Source: Candidatus Sericytochromatia bacterium
Lineage (GTDB): Bacteria; Cyanobacteriota; Sericytochromatia; S15B-MN24; JAQBPE01
Assembly: GCA_040400605.1 (NCBI GenBank)
Contig: JBBAPZ010000005.1
Span: 147,070 to 204,821 of the forward strand
Length of the DNA stretch: 57,752 bases
Reading direction: 5' to 3'
Part shown: positions 39,418 through 49,465 of the stretch, piece by piece
How positions within the stretch are numbered: position 1 is the stretch's first letter
How the letters are laid out: the number at the start of each line of letters is the position of its first letter
The notes under the pieces: generated by a model
Database searches by the model: none
Told to the model about the DNA's origin: nothing
Seen by the model: only the letters and a program-made list of their open reading frames with translations
Program-made: the position numbers and the translations under genes

Positions 39418-41598
39418 ATGTTGTGTCAGAGTTGTGGTCAAAGGGCGGCAAATTTTCGTATTGTAGGTGTCATGGGGAACCAGCGGACGACGATGAGCTT
39501 GTGCATGCCGTGTGCGAGTGAGGGTGCGTTAACCCTGGATGTGGGTCAGATGATGCAAATGGATGGTGGGTCCGGGTCTGATGGGGGCAAGCGCAAGGCG
39601 GCGGCGGAGAGGGATGCGTCGGTTGCGGAGGGTTTGGCGGCGTTTACCCGTAATTTGAGTGCGGATGCTCGCGATGGCAAGCTGGATGTGGTTGTGGGGC
39701 GAGAGCGTGAGTTGGAGCGTGTGATACGAGTGCTGGCGCGTCGCACGAAGAACAACCCGGTGTTGTTGGGTGAGCCTGGTGTGGGTAAGACGGCGATCGC
39801 CGAGGCGTTGGCGTTGCGCATTCGTGATGGTTTGGTGCCGTCCGTTTTGCGTGAGAAGCAGGTATTGGCGCTGGATCTCACGGCAATTTTGGCGGGTGCG
39901 AAGTATCGGGGCGAGTTTGAGGAGCGGCTGAAGGGCGTGGTTGAGGCCGTGAAGGCGCACAAAGATGAGTATGTGTTGTTTATTGATGAGTTGCACACCT
40001 TGATGGGAGCGGGTGCAGCCGAGGGGTCGTTGGATGCGAGCAACATTTTGAAGCCGGCTTTGGCGCGGGGTGAGTTGCAGGTCATTGGTGCGACGACGCG
40101 GGATGAGTATCGCAAACATATTGAAAAGGATGCGGCGTTTGAGCGTCGGTTTCAGCCGGTGGTGGTGGAAGAGCCGACGGCTGAGGCGGCGCTGGCGATT
40201 CTGAAGGGGTTGAGGCCTGCGTATGAGAAGTATCATCAGGTGAGTGTGATGCCTGAGGCGATTGAGGCGGCTGTGAATTTGTCGGTGCGGTATGTGGCGG
40301 ATCGCTTTTTGCCGGATAAGGCCATTGATTTGTTGGATGAGGCGTGTGCCTTGAGTCGTATCGCGCAGGAGACTGGTGGTGTGGGAGCTCAATCCTTGCG
40401 TTCAAAGCTCGCGCAATTGGAGGCTCACAAGGCACGGGCGGTTCAGGAGGAGCGGTACACGGAAGCGGCGTGGGCGCGCGAGGAAATTTTAAAGGTGAAT
40501 GAGGAACTCGCCAAGCTGCCGAAGGAGGGGCAGGCGTCTGAGGGGGCCTTGCCGGTGGTGGATGCACGGGCGATCGCCACGGTGGTTTCCGAGTGGACAG
40601 GGATTCCCGCCTATGAAATGGGGGCGGATGAGCGGGTGCGTCTGCAAGGATTGGCGCAGCGTCTCAAGCAGCGCGTCATCGGTCAGGATGCTGCGGTGTT
40701 AGCCGTCGCCCAGGCTGTGCGGCGTGCACGATCCGGCTTGAAGGATGTGGAGCGTCCGATCGGCAGCTTCATTTTCTTGGGTCCGACGGGTGTTGGTAAA
40801 ACCGAGTTGGCACGTGCGTTGGCTCATGAATTGTTCCATGACGAAAAAGCGATGATTCGGCTGGATATGAGTGAGTATCAAGAAAAGCATACGGTCTCGC
40901 GCCTGGTAGGTGCACCGCCTGGTTATGTCGGGCATGAGGATGCGGGTCAGTTGACCGAGGCTGTGCGACGCAAGCCCTTCAGTCTGATTCTGTTTGATGA
41001 GATTGAAAAGGCACATCCGGATGTATTCAACACGCTGTTGCAGATTCTGGATGATGGGCGTTTGACCGATTCGCAGGGGCGCACGGTGGACTTCAAGAAT
41101 ACGGTGATTATCATGACCAGCAATGTGGGCGCGCAGCATTTGGTGAACCCCCGTGCCAAAGTTGGCTTTGCATCGGATGATGGTACCGAGGCTCAGTGGG
41201 AAACGCTCCAGGGCATCGCGTTGGATGCATTGAAGCAGGCATTCCGTCCGGAGTTTCTTAACCGGGTGGATGAAACCATCGTGTTCAAGCCGTTGAGCCG
41301 AGTCAATCTGCTCACGATTGTTGACTTGATGCTGGCACGGACGGAGCGCAAGCTGGCGGCCTTGGGGGTGAAGTTGGTGGTGTCGTCAGGTGCGAAAGAG
41401 GCGCTTGCGCAGCAGGGGTATGATCCGCACTTGGGCGCACGGCCGTTGCGTCGGCTGATTCAACGGGCGATCGAAACGCCCATCAGCGATCGTTTGTTGG
41501 ACAACCCAGGCGCTGCTGAACTGCGAATTCAGGTTGACCACACAACGGATGGTTTCACGGTCACGCACGAACTGCCAGTCCCAGCGGCTGTAAAATAG
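39418..41598 (+). CDS. clpE: ClpE-type Clp ATPase (N-terminal zinc finger, two NBDs)
   Basis: CQSC...[37 protein letters not shown] ClpP-docking loop. Confidence 0.85.
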   Translation: MLCQSCGQRAANFRIVGVMGNQRTTMSLCMPCASEGALTLDVGQMMQMDGGSGSDGGKRKAAAERDASVAEGLAAFTRNLSADARDGKLDVVVGRERELERVIRVLARRTKNNPVLLGEPGVGKTAIAEALALRIRDGLVPSVLREKQVLALDLTAILAGAKYRGEFEERLKGVVEAVKAHKDEYVLFIDELHTLMGAGAAEGSLDASNILKPALARGELQVIGATTRDEYRKHIEKDAAFERRFQPVVVEEPTAEAALAILKGLRPAYEKYHQVSVMPEAIEAAVNLSVRYVADRFLPDKAIDLLDEACALSRIAQETGGVGAQSLRSKLAQLEAHKARAVQEERYTEAAWAREEILKVNEELAKLPKEGQASEGALPVVDARAIATVVSEWTGIPAYEMGADERVRLQGLAQRLKQRVIGQDAAVLAVAQAVRRARSGLKDVERPIGSFIFLGPTGVGKTELARALAHELFHDEKAMIRLDMSEYQEKHTVSRLVGAPPGYVGHEDAGQLTEAVRRKPFSLILFDEIEKAHPDVFNTLLQILDDGRLTDSQGRTVDFKNTVIIMTSNVGAQHLVNPRAKVGFASDDGTEAQWETLQGIALDALKQAFRPEFLNRVDETIVFKPLSRVNLLTIVDLMLARTERKLAALGVKLVVSSGAKEALAQQGYDPHLGARPLRRLIQRAIETPISDRLLDNPGAAELRIQVDHTTDGFTVTHELPVPAAVK

Positions 41599-41622
41599 CC
41601 CCGGCGGGGCTCTGTCCAAGGT

Positions 41623-41656
41623 ATTCAGGGACCTGATTGTCATCAGGTCCCTGAAT
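41623..41656. terminator. Hairpin between convergent genes
   Basis: ATTCAGGGACCTGAT-tgtc-ATCAGGTCCCTGAAT followed by a T-rich tract. Confidence 0.75.
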
Positions 41657-41766
41657 CATTTTGTTTTTTGCCAGCAATGCGTTGATTGGTGATCCGATTG
41701 TCTAAGGGTCGGAAGTTTAGTCAAATCTGGCGAACACCGCCGGTCCGCAACCGGTATTTGGGGGCC

Positions 41767-43303
41767 TCAGTCTGTTGTCGCAAACGCGAAGCTAACCAGG
41801 TTGCGCGCTTCGCGACTGAACTCAATGCCCACCAGGGTGATGCTCACGCCCGGTTCGCGATACTTCTCGGCGTAACAGCGAGTCTGTAGCTGCGCCAACG
41901 CACTGCCGTCAGGCACTTGTTCAACCACCTTGAATTCAAACAGAAAGACTTGGGGGCCGATGCGCAAGGCCAGGTCGATACGCCCCTTGTTGGTAGCATC
42001 TTCCACCCGAATCTCGTAGCCCAAGGCCATCAGATAACTGAAAAAGACGCTGGCATAGTGTCCCTCGGATCTGTATAGCGCATTCTTGCGGTACCAGTCG
42101 TGAGGAATGCTGGCAAACAGTGCGTGAATGGCTTCTTGCGCTGCGGGCATATCGTGTGCTTCCAGAGCATCTTCCAAGCGATTTTTTGATTTTGTCGCGT
42201 CTTGGGCTACCGGCCCTAAAAGTGGCAACAACGCATCATTGAGGGCCGCAGCCACTTCCAGGTTGGGAAGGCACAATGTATAGACCAATCTACCTGAGCG
42301 CCGCGTCTTCACGCTTTGAATGGTCAGGTAGCCCGCCTGGAACAACAAGGCCTCGGTTTCGATGTGATCGACGTCGAAACTGGACAGCAGGGCCTCGCTG
42401 GTTTGCAATTGGGTGAACTCGGGTGTAAAAAACTGCCGCTGGGCCAACATCTCGACCAAAAAGGCGGGTGTGCCCGTTTCGAACCAGTAGGCCTTGAATT
42501 CGCGCTTGTCAAACAGCAACAGCAGGTCGAAGGGATTGTAAACCGCCTCTCCTCGCCAGTTATAGCCGTTATACCACTGGCGCATTTTCGCGCGATCCAA
42601 ACCCGGCAGTTCCGGCGCAAAGACCGTGTCCACATCGTGTTCGGTATAACCACACAAAGCAGAATATTCCGGCGTCACCGTGATGTCATTGAGGTTGTTC
42701 AAGCCCGAAAACAGGCTTACCTTCGAAAACTTGCTCACCCCCGTGATGAACACAAAGCGCAGATGGGCATCCGTGCCCTGTAAGACGCTGTACACATCGC
42801 GCAAGGCGTCACGCATAATGCGCGCGGTATCCGGCGTCGTCAGGTTGTCCAGGATGGGTTTGTCATATTCATCCACCAACACAACGACACGCTGGCCCGT
42901 CTTTTCGTGCAAGCCACGAATCAATCGTTTAAGACGACTACGAGGATCCGGCATGGTGGGTGGTAAGTTGTGAACACGCTCGAAAGCATCCAGTTGCTCG
43001 TGCAGTTCATCGCGGGTTTTCAAGACACCGTTGGCGAGGTTCAGCAGCAACACCGGATGGCGCTGGGAAATCCCAGTGCGCTTCGGCATACAAGCCTGCA
43101 AACAAGGCCTGGTTGCCTTCGAATAATTCCTTCATGGTGTCGAGCAGCAGGCTTTTGCCAAAGCGACGCGGACGGGAAAGGAAATAGGGTTTGCCCTGTT
43201 CGATCAAACGCAGAACCATCGGCGTCTTGTCCACGTAATAGTGGCCATTTTCACGAATCTCGCGAAAGGTCTGAATGCCAATAGGCAGCCTTTTGCGTTG
43301 CAT
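41767..43303 (-). pseudogene. AAA-ATPase-like (PF09820-type) plus PD-(D/E)XK (PF08011-type) gene, frameshifted near 43070
   Basis: Upstream frame: LPIGIQTF, YVDKT, RPRRFGKS. Downstream frame: VDEYDKP, SGLNNL, YNGY, YWFETG, GRIDL, FEFK. Confidence 0.85.
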
Positions 43304-43463
43304 ACCACCTCCTCGGGCATTTTAGCACGGCACATGACACAGGGGTGCTGGATCGCTTCAGAAGGGGCCAGAGCGGCCAATTTGTCCGTGATGCAGCCAC
43401 CGGAGGCCAAAACGACGTGTCGCACACCGACTGGAAACTTAGCGTTAAATTAATCTTGAAAAA

Positions 43464-43490
43464 GCAAGTTTAACAGTTAACGAACGATAG
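43464..43490 (+). promoter_or_regulatory. Putative sigma28 (FliA) promoter
   Basis: GCAAGTTT-N11-AACGATAG compared with consensus TAAAGTTT-N11-GCCGATAA. Confidence 0.5.
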
Positions 43491-43529
43491 ATTGGCAAGC
43501 AGGATTCGTCGTCATTGAAGGAGTCGAGT

Positions 43530-43928
43530 ATGGGAAGTGTGAACGCTGGTTGTCGTGTGATCGCAAGTTCGCCGTCAAACCAGTTGGGGCCGGTGCAGTT
43601 CGTGGCGTGTGATGCCATGGTGGAGAAGTTGCCAGCGGGAGTGCAGGACCCATCCGAGGTGCAGGTCAGGCAAAAAAAAGCTTGGAAAAAGAAGTTTAAC
43701 GCATCGCCTGATCAAACACAGGTTGTCATCGGTCGCGATCGCTACGTAGTCACCGGGAAAGACTTCAATCAAGTACCCATTGGAGAGGATAGACGGGTGC
43801 GCGATAATGCCGTGCCGCTACTGAAAGGCGACTTCGAGGGCCAATTCCCCGTCAACCCGCTTCCGGGGTACAAGCCGGCTCGCGAGGGATTCATCGATCG
43901 GCTCCTCGAGTCTTTTAGGCATCAGTGA
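43530..43928 (+). CDS. Hypothetical protein
   Basis: AAGGAG RBS before ATG 43530. Confidence 0.7.
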   Translation: MGSVNAGCRVIASSPSNQLGPVQFVACDAMVEKLPAGVQDPSEVQVRQKKAWKKKFNASPDQTQVVIGRDRYVVTGKDFNQVPIGEDRRVRDNAVPLLKGDFEGQFPVNPLPGYKPAREGFIDRLLESFRHQ

Positions 43929-44854
43929 CCAGCGTCGGATAAGCCCTCGTTCAGTTGTTTCAGGTCTTTCCGCAGTGCATCAAGCAAGGCTTCGCGTGGC
44001 ACCTGGCCATCGTGGGCGCTTTGAAAGAGTCGAAAGGTTGCGCAATCCTCAAGGGATATCTGCTGCCCAGTCGTTATGCTGGCTGGCGGGTTTTCCCGTA
44101 TTCGTTCATATCGTGAGCGAAGGCTTTTGGACGTGTTTTGATTTGTGCCCAGGCATTTTTGCGTGTCAGCAACCGTCAGGTTCTCTGCGAAGATGCGCGC
44201 GATCAATCCCGCACGCTCGGTTGGGTCATCCAGTTGAACCACAACGCTCGCGTGACGCGGCGTAAACGCTTTCTTGGCGCGCGCTTCGCCTTGGCGTTGC
44301 GCGGCGACCTGGGCCAGGGCGTCCCGCTCCAAGGCATCCTGGATGTCCGTCGGCATCTTGAGCAAGCGCACACGGTGGTCGACGTAGGCCTTGTTTTTTC
44401 CCAAGCGCTCGCCCAATTGCGCATACGAGTAGCCGAAGTTATCCAGCAATTTTTGCAAGGCACGTGCTTCTTCCAGCACGGTCACGTCCTCGCGCAGAAG
44501 GTTTTCGACCAGGCCCAGTTCCAACGCCTCGCGATCGTCCAGTTCTCGCACGACGACAGGCAACTCGGTCAGGCCCGCCTCCTTGGCGGCACGGTAGCGT
44601 CGTTCGCCTGCGACAATCTGAAACCGCCGTTTGTCCGCTGGCGCGGGGCGCACGAGCAACGGTTGCAGAATCCCGTGCAGGCGCACACTGTTGGTTAAAT
44701 CGTGGAGGGCGATGTCATCAAAATGGCGGCGTGGCTGTTCCGGATTGGGCACCAACTGGTCGATGGGTACCCGTCTGCGTTCAATCGCCTGATTATTGAG
44801 CTTGGCCTGCGTGACACTCAATAACTGGTCCCAGGTTCCAAGCCCCTCAGGCAT
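43922..44854 (-). CDS. parB: ParB/Spo0J-family CTPase with HTH
   Basis: PNPEQPR, GILQP, AGERRYRA, ENLLRED, HTH region; ATG overlaps the upstream stop; AGGAG RBS. Confidence 0.92.
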   Translation of the reverse strand: MPEGLGTWDQLLSVTQAKLNNQAIERRRVPIDQLVPNPEQPRRHFDDIALHDLTNSVRLHGILQPLLVRPAPADKRRFQIVAGERRYRAAKEAGLTELPVVVRELDDREALELGLVENLLREDVTVLEEARALQKLLDNFGYSYAQLGERLGKNKAYVDHRVRLLKMPTDIQDALERDALAQVAAQRQGEARAKKAFTPRHASVVVQLDDPTERAGLIARIFAENLTVADTQKCLGTNQNTSKSLRSRYERIRENPPASITTGQQISLEDCATFRLFQSAHDGQVPREALLDALRKDLKQLNEGLSDAGH

Positions 44855-45698
44855 ACTGTTGCTCCTGTCGCGCGTCTGGGGCAGAGTCAAGACCCATGCC
44901 ACTCACCGCCGCTTCCATAATACTGGGGGCGGAGATGACTGTTTCCTGTCGGGCATACGCCACAGGCAGCGCATTCCAGCAAATCTGGTTGATGCGGCGG
45001 GGCAAGCCGCCGGACAAACGTTGGATGAGTTCGATGGCCTCATCCGTGAAGAGGGTATCCTCGCGTCCCGCAACCAAGGTGCGGTGGGTGATCATGCCTG
45101 CGGTTTCCTCGCGTCGCAACGTGGAGAGCTTGGCTGTAATGGCGACGCGATTCTCAAGCGCCGGGTTGCAGGCCAGCCGGCTTAACAGTTCGGGTTGTCC
45201 AACCAATACACTGGTGATTAACTTGCGCCCGGCATCCATGTTGGAAAACTCGCGCAACAGTTCCAGGTGGTTGGATCCAACGTTTTTACCGAGGTTTTGA
45301 CTCTCGTCGATGATTAAAACGACCGACCGGTCGCGCTGCGCTTGCGTAATCAGGTAAGCCAGCAAATCCCCCATCTGTTTGCCTTTGCCGCGCCGCAAGG
45401 GTAGGCCCAGTTCGATGGCGACTTTTTGCAGCAAGGCACTTTCAGTGGGATAGGACGCAGGGTTTTGAATATGCACGATATCCACTGCCGAATTGGCTCG
45501 CAGCATGGTGTTGAGCTGCGACAGCACCAAACTTTTTCCTGTTCCGAAGGGCCCCACCAACACACCCAAGGGTTGGTGCTCGGTGATGCAATAAAGCAAT
45601 TTGCCCAAGGCTGCTCGATGCTGGCCGGACATGTAGAGCATGCGCACATCCACAGCATCGATGAAGGGAGATTCTTGCAATCCGAAATAGTCCAGCAC
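44847..45698 (-). CDS. ExeA/GspA/MshM-like AAA ATPase (ATPase module only)
   Basis: YFGL..SPF, QHRAAL, GPFGTGKS, IIDESQNL, LVGQPEL, GGLPRRIN. Confidence 0.9.
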   Translation of the reverse strand: MLDYFGLQESPFIDAVDVRMLYMSGQHRAALGKLLYCITEHQPLGVLVGPFGTGKSLVLSQLNTMLRANSAVDIVHIQNPASYPTESALLQKVAIELGLPLRRGKGKQMGDLLAYLITQAQRDRSVVLIIDESQNLGKNVGSNHLELLREFSNMDAGRKLITSVLVGQPELLSRLACNPALENRVAITAKLSTLRREETAGMITHRTLVAGREDTLFTDEAIELIQRLSGGLPRRINQICWNALPVAYARQETVISAPSIMEAAVSGMGLDSAPDARQEQQYA

Positions 45699-46065
45699 CG
45701 GCGCACCCTCGATGAGCAATCACAACCAATTCATATCTGGTCATGAGAATAACATAATCGGGTTGTCCGGTTTGTGATCAACGTTGCAAAAGGCGCGCCA
45801 TTGGCTGAGGTTCACGCTCAAGCGTGAAAAGCACGCTTGTACCCATCTTTGAATGGCCTGTCCATGACCAGCGGATTTGTTCACCGGAGATTTTGGCAGG
45901 CGTGGCACAGCAGCACGTGATTGATTGATGTGTTTGCACGATACAGTGGCGCAGCGGTTCTTGTTCAAAACTTGTGTAGCCAACGCAAAACACCGTTTTT
46001 CAACGATAGTTGAAAATTGATTGCCAACCACCGCGTTTCTGTATAGTTGCGCAAATTTTGGATCG

Positions 46066-47154
46066 TCACCCGTGCGTCATTGTGTGATTCAACCGTTGTT
46101 GGCTCACGGGATCAAAGAGGTGGACGCGGGCACCATCAACGCCGATGCGTACGACTTGACCGACCGCCGGCAGTTGTTCGGGGGGCATCCGGACCAGCAC
46201 CGGTTGTCCCACACCTTCAAGGTGAAGGTAGGCATCTGAGCCGAGCATCTCGACCAGTTCGACGCGACCGGCGTAAACGCCTGTTGTGAGGTCTTGCAGT
46301 AAAAAATGTTCCGGGCGGATGCCAACGAGCGTGGGCCCTGTCCGGTTGAGGGTCTCCATTGGCAAATTGAGGGTGAGGTGGGGGCTTTCGAGGATCCACC
46401 CCTGGCCTTCTTGGCGTGCTTCGGCAAGAATCATGTTCATCTGCGGCGATCCAATGAACGTGGCAACGAAAGTATTGACGGGGCGATGGTACACGTTGGC
46501 AGGGGTGTCCAACTGTTGCAGTTCGCCGCCGTGAAACACCGCGATGCGATCGCCCATCGTCATCGCTTCAGTCTGGTCGTGCGTGACATACACAAAGGTT
46601 GTCTGTAACTGCTGATGCAGCTTTTTGATTTCCGCGCGCATACTGGCGCGCAACTTGGCGTCCAAATTGGATAACGGCTCATCCATCAAAAAGACGGCAG
46701 GATTGCGCACAACGGCTCTTCCCAATGCCACACGCTGTCTTTGGCCACCCGATAGGGCTTTGGGCTTGCGATCCAGCAAGTGGGTAATCTCCAAGCGCCT
46801 GGCGGCCTGTTCCACCTGATCATCAATTTGCTGTTGGGACTGTTTGCGCAATTTCAATGCAAAAGCCATATTCTCTCGAACGGTCATGTGCGGGTAAAGC
46901 GCGTAGTTCTGAAAGACCATGGCGATGTCGCGATCACGCGGCGGCACCACATTCACGATGCGATCGCCAATATGCAAATCCCCCGCGGTGATATCCTCAA
47001 GTCCTGCAATCATCCGCAATGCCGTGCTTTTTCCACAGCCGGATGGCCCAACCAGCACCAAGAACTCACGGTCCTTGATCTCAAGGTTCAAATGCCGGAT
47101 GACCGTTTGATCCCCGTAACGCTTCATCACACCATCGAAACGCACCTTGGCCAT
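46066..47154 (-). CDS. Sugar ABC transporter ATP-binding subunit (MalK/MsmX), no adjacent permeases
   Basis: GPSGCGKS, FQNYALYPH, LSGGQRQR, DEPLSNLD, TOBE-like C-terminus. Confidence 0.95.
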   Translation of the reverse strand: MAKVRFDGVMKRYGDQTVIRHLNLEIKDREFLVLVGPSGCGKSTALRMIAGLEDITAGDLHIGDRIVNVVPPRDRDIAMVFQNYALYPHMTVRENMAFALKLRKQSQQQIDDQVEQAARRLEITHLLDRKPKALSGGQRQRVALGRAVVRNPAVFLMDEPLSNLDAKLRASMRAEIKKLHQQLQTTFVYVTHDQTEAMTMGDRIAVFHGGELQQLDTPANVYHRPVNTFVATFIGSPQMNMILAEARQEGQGWILESPHLTLNLPMETLNRTGPTLVGIRPEHFLLQDLTTGVYAGRVELVEMLGSDAYLHLEGVGQPVLVRMPPEQLPAVGQVVRIGVDGARVHLFDPVSQQRLNHTMTHG

Positions 47155-47217
47155 GAGACTCCCCTTGTTACCAGTCAATGCCCGCCCAAGCCTAATTTGA
47201 GGCCCGACGGCGCTCCA

Positions 47218-49422
47218 TCAATGCGAGACGCTCGCGTCTTCTTTCACCGTAACGCCGAGTGCGTGACACACAAACGCCCAGATATCACTTAACTCTTCGA
47301 TGATGCGTGCGGTGGGTTTGCCTGCCCCATGCCCCGCTTTGTGCCCGATGCGAATCAAGATGGGCTTCGACCCTTTTTGCGCTGCCTGCAGGGTCGCTGC
47401 GAACTTGAAACTGTGTGCGGGCACGACCCGGTCATCGTGATCGCCTGTCACAATCAAGGTCGCGGGGTACTCAGTGCCCGGGCGCACCCGATGCAACGGA
47501 GAATAAGCGTAAAGCGCCTTGAATTCTTCCGGATCATCCGCAGTACCGTAATCCGGCGCCCAACCCCACCCAATCGTAAACTTATGGTAGCGCAGCATAT
47601 CCAACACCCCCACTTTGGGCACCGCTGCGGCGAAGAGATCAGGTCGCTGCGTCAAACACGCCCCCACCAGCAACCCCCCGTTGCTGGCGCCCCCGATGGC
47701 AAGTCGCCGCGAATTGGTATAACGATTGGCAATCAAATATTCCGCCGCCGCGATGAAGTCATCAAAGACATTCTGTTTTTGCAGTTTGGTGCCCGCGCGA
47801 TGCCATTGTTCGCCAAACTCACCGCCGCCACGCAAATTGGGCATCGCATAAACACCCCCCATTTCCATCCAGACGAGATCGGACACCGAAAACGAGGGCG
47901 TCAGGGCGATATTGAACCCCCCATAGCCATACAGGAATGTCGGATTGTCACCGTTTAACTCCAGTCCGCGCCGGTGCGCGATGAACATCGGCACGCGCGT
48001 GCCATCTTTGCTCGCGTACCAAACCTGCTTGGTCTCATAGTCGTCTGGATTGAACGCCAGCGTCGGCTTTTGTTCGACCCGGGCCGCCGCGGTCTTGAAA
48101 TCATAATGATAAATGACTTGCGGTAACGCCATACCACTAAAGGCAAACCAGGTCTCCGTGTCGCCAGGCTCTCCGTAAAAGCCGGATACCGAGCCGATGC
48201 CCGGTAGCGGCACCTCCCGTACGAAGCGACCGTCCGTTTCGTGGATGGCCACGCGATGATGCGCGTTGTGCAGGTAGGTGAGCACAAACTGTTGGTTGAT
48301 CCAATCCACGTTTTCGAGGTTGTCTGCGTTCTGGGGAATCAACTCACGCCAGTGCTTGCGATCGCTTTGGTTGATATCCACCGCAATCACGCGGCCACGC
48401 TCCGCATCCAGCGTGGTTTTAAACCAAAAGACCGTTCCTTGGTTTCCAATGAAATCGTAGGCGGCGTCTTGTGCGTCCAGCAGGGGTTGCATCACCGATT
48501 GCTTGGCATGAAGATCCATCACATAAATACGGTTGTTGGGATCCGTCCCGTGCGTAATGTGCAACACCAGATAGCGTCCATCCTCGCTCAGACGCGGCGC
48601 AAAGCCCCACTGTGGCTGATCCGGCCGCGCATACACCAACACATCCGCGCTTTGCGGGGTCCCGATTCGATGAAAATAAAGCTTCTGATTGGCGTTGATG
48701 GCCTGCAGGGCTTGGTCTTTGATCGGTTTTTCGTAACGCGCGTAATAAAATCCCTGGTTGTCTTTGCGCCACGCCGCCCCCGAAAACTTGATCCAGTCCA
48801 AGGTGTCACTCAAATCCTTGCCTGATGCAATGTCACGCACGCGCCACTGCTGCCAGTCAGAACCGCCGTTTGAGGTTCCATACGCGACATAGCGACCATC
48901 TGGCGAAATTGAGGTGCCACTGAGTGCCACCGTGCCATCCTTTGACAAGGTGTTGGGGTCCAGCAGTACTTTCGCTTCCGCATCGGGTGCCGTGCGCATG
49001 TATAGGACACTCTGGTTTTGCAAACCGGTGTTTTTGTAGAAAAACTGGTTTCCGGCACGGCGAAACGGGACGCCCAAGCGTTCGTAATTCCAGAGGCGTG
49101 TCACACGCTGCAAAATGTGAGCGCGTAGGCCAATGGTGCGTAGATGGGCTTGCGTGAACTGATTTTGGGTTGCGATCCAATCACGCGTGGCTTGGGAGTC
49201 GCCTTGCTCCAGCCAGCGGTACGGGTCTGGCACAGACACCCCGTGGTATTGGTCCACCACGGGTTCCTGGCGCGTGGAGGGGTATGTTCCCCCGGCGGGC
49301 TTTTCTTTCAGGTCAGGTTCCGTCAACTTTGCTCCCATCAAGGTCGTTGAGAGGGCAACGCCCAGCACGACGCCAGCCAGCTTTCGCATCAAACACCCCG
49401 CACACCAACTCATACCACTCAA
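47218..49422 (-). CDS. Prolyl oligopeptidase (S9A), secreted
   Basis: DPYRWLE, YGYGGF, GASNGG, DDRV, AGHG; signal peptide. Confidence 0.95.
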   Translation of the reverse strand: MSGMSWCAGCLMRKLAGVVLGVALSTTLMGAKLTEPDLKEKPAGGTYPSTRQEPVVDQYHGVSVPDPYRWLEQGDSQATRDWIATQNQFTQAHLRTIGLRAHILQRVTRLWNYERLGVPFRRAGNQFFYKNTGLQNQSVLYMRTAPDAEAKVLLDPNTLSKDGTVALSGTSISPDGRYVAYGTSNGGSDWQQWRVRDIASGKDLSDTLDWIKFSGAAWRKDNQGFYYARYEKPIKDQALQAINANQKLYFHRIGTPQSADVLVYARPDQPQWGFAPRLSEDGRYLVLHITHGTDPNNRIYVMDLHAKQSVMQPLLDAQDAAYDFIGNQGTVFWFKTTLDAERGRVIAVDINQSDRKHWRELIPQNADNLENVDWINQQFVLTYLHNAHHRVAIHETDGRFVREVPLPGIGSVSGFYGEPGDTETWFAFSGMALPQVIYHYDFKTAAARVEQKPTLAFNPDDYETKQVWYASKDGTRVPMFIAHRRGLELNGDNPTFLYGYGGFNIALTPSFSVSDLVWMEMGGVYAMPNLRGGGEFGEQWHRAGTKLQKQNVFDDFIAAAEYLIANRYTNSRRLAIGGASNGGLLVGACLTQRPDLFAAAVPKVGVLDMLRYHKFTIGWGWAPDYGTADDPEEFKALYAYSPLHRVRPGTEYPATLIVTGDHDDRVVPAHSFKFAATLQAAQKGSKPILIRIGHKAGHGAGKPTARIIEELSDIWAFVCHALGVTVKEDASVSH

Positions 49423-49465
49423 CGCTAAAGGGGACCCTGCCGTTCGTCAAGTATTACGGGTTCAT

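Noticed and set aside
43060..43080. Programmed -1 frameshift at GGATTTC
   Set aside because: The required shift is +1 (or -2), not -1
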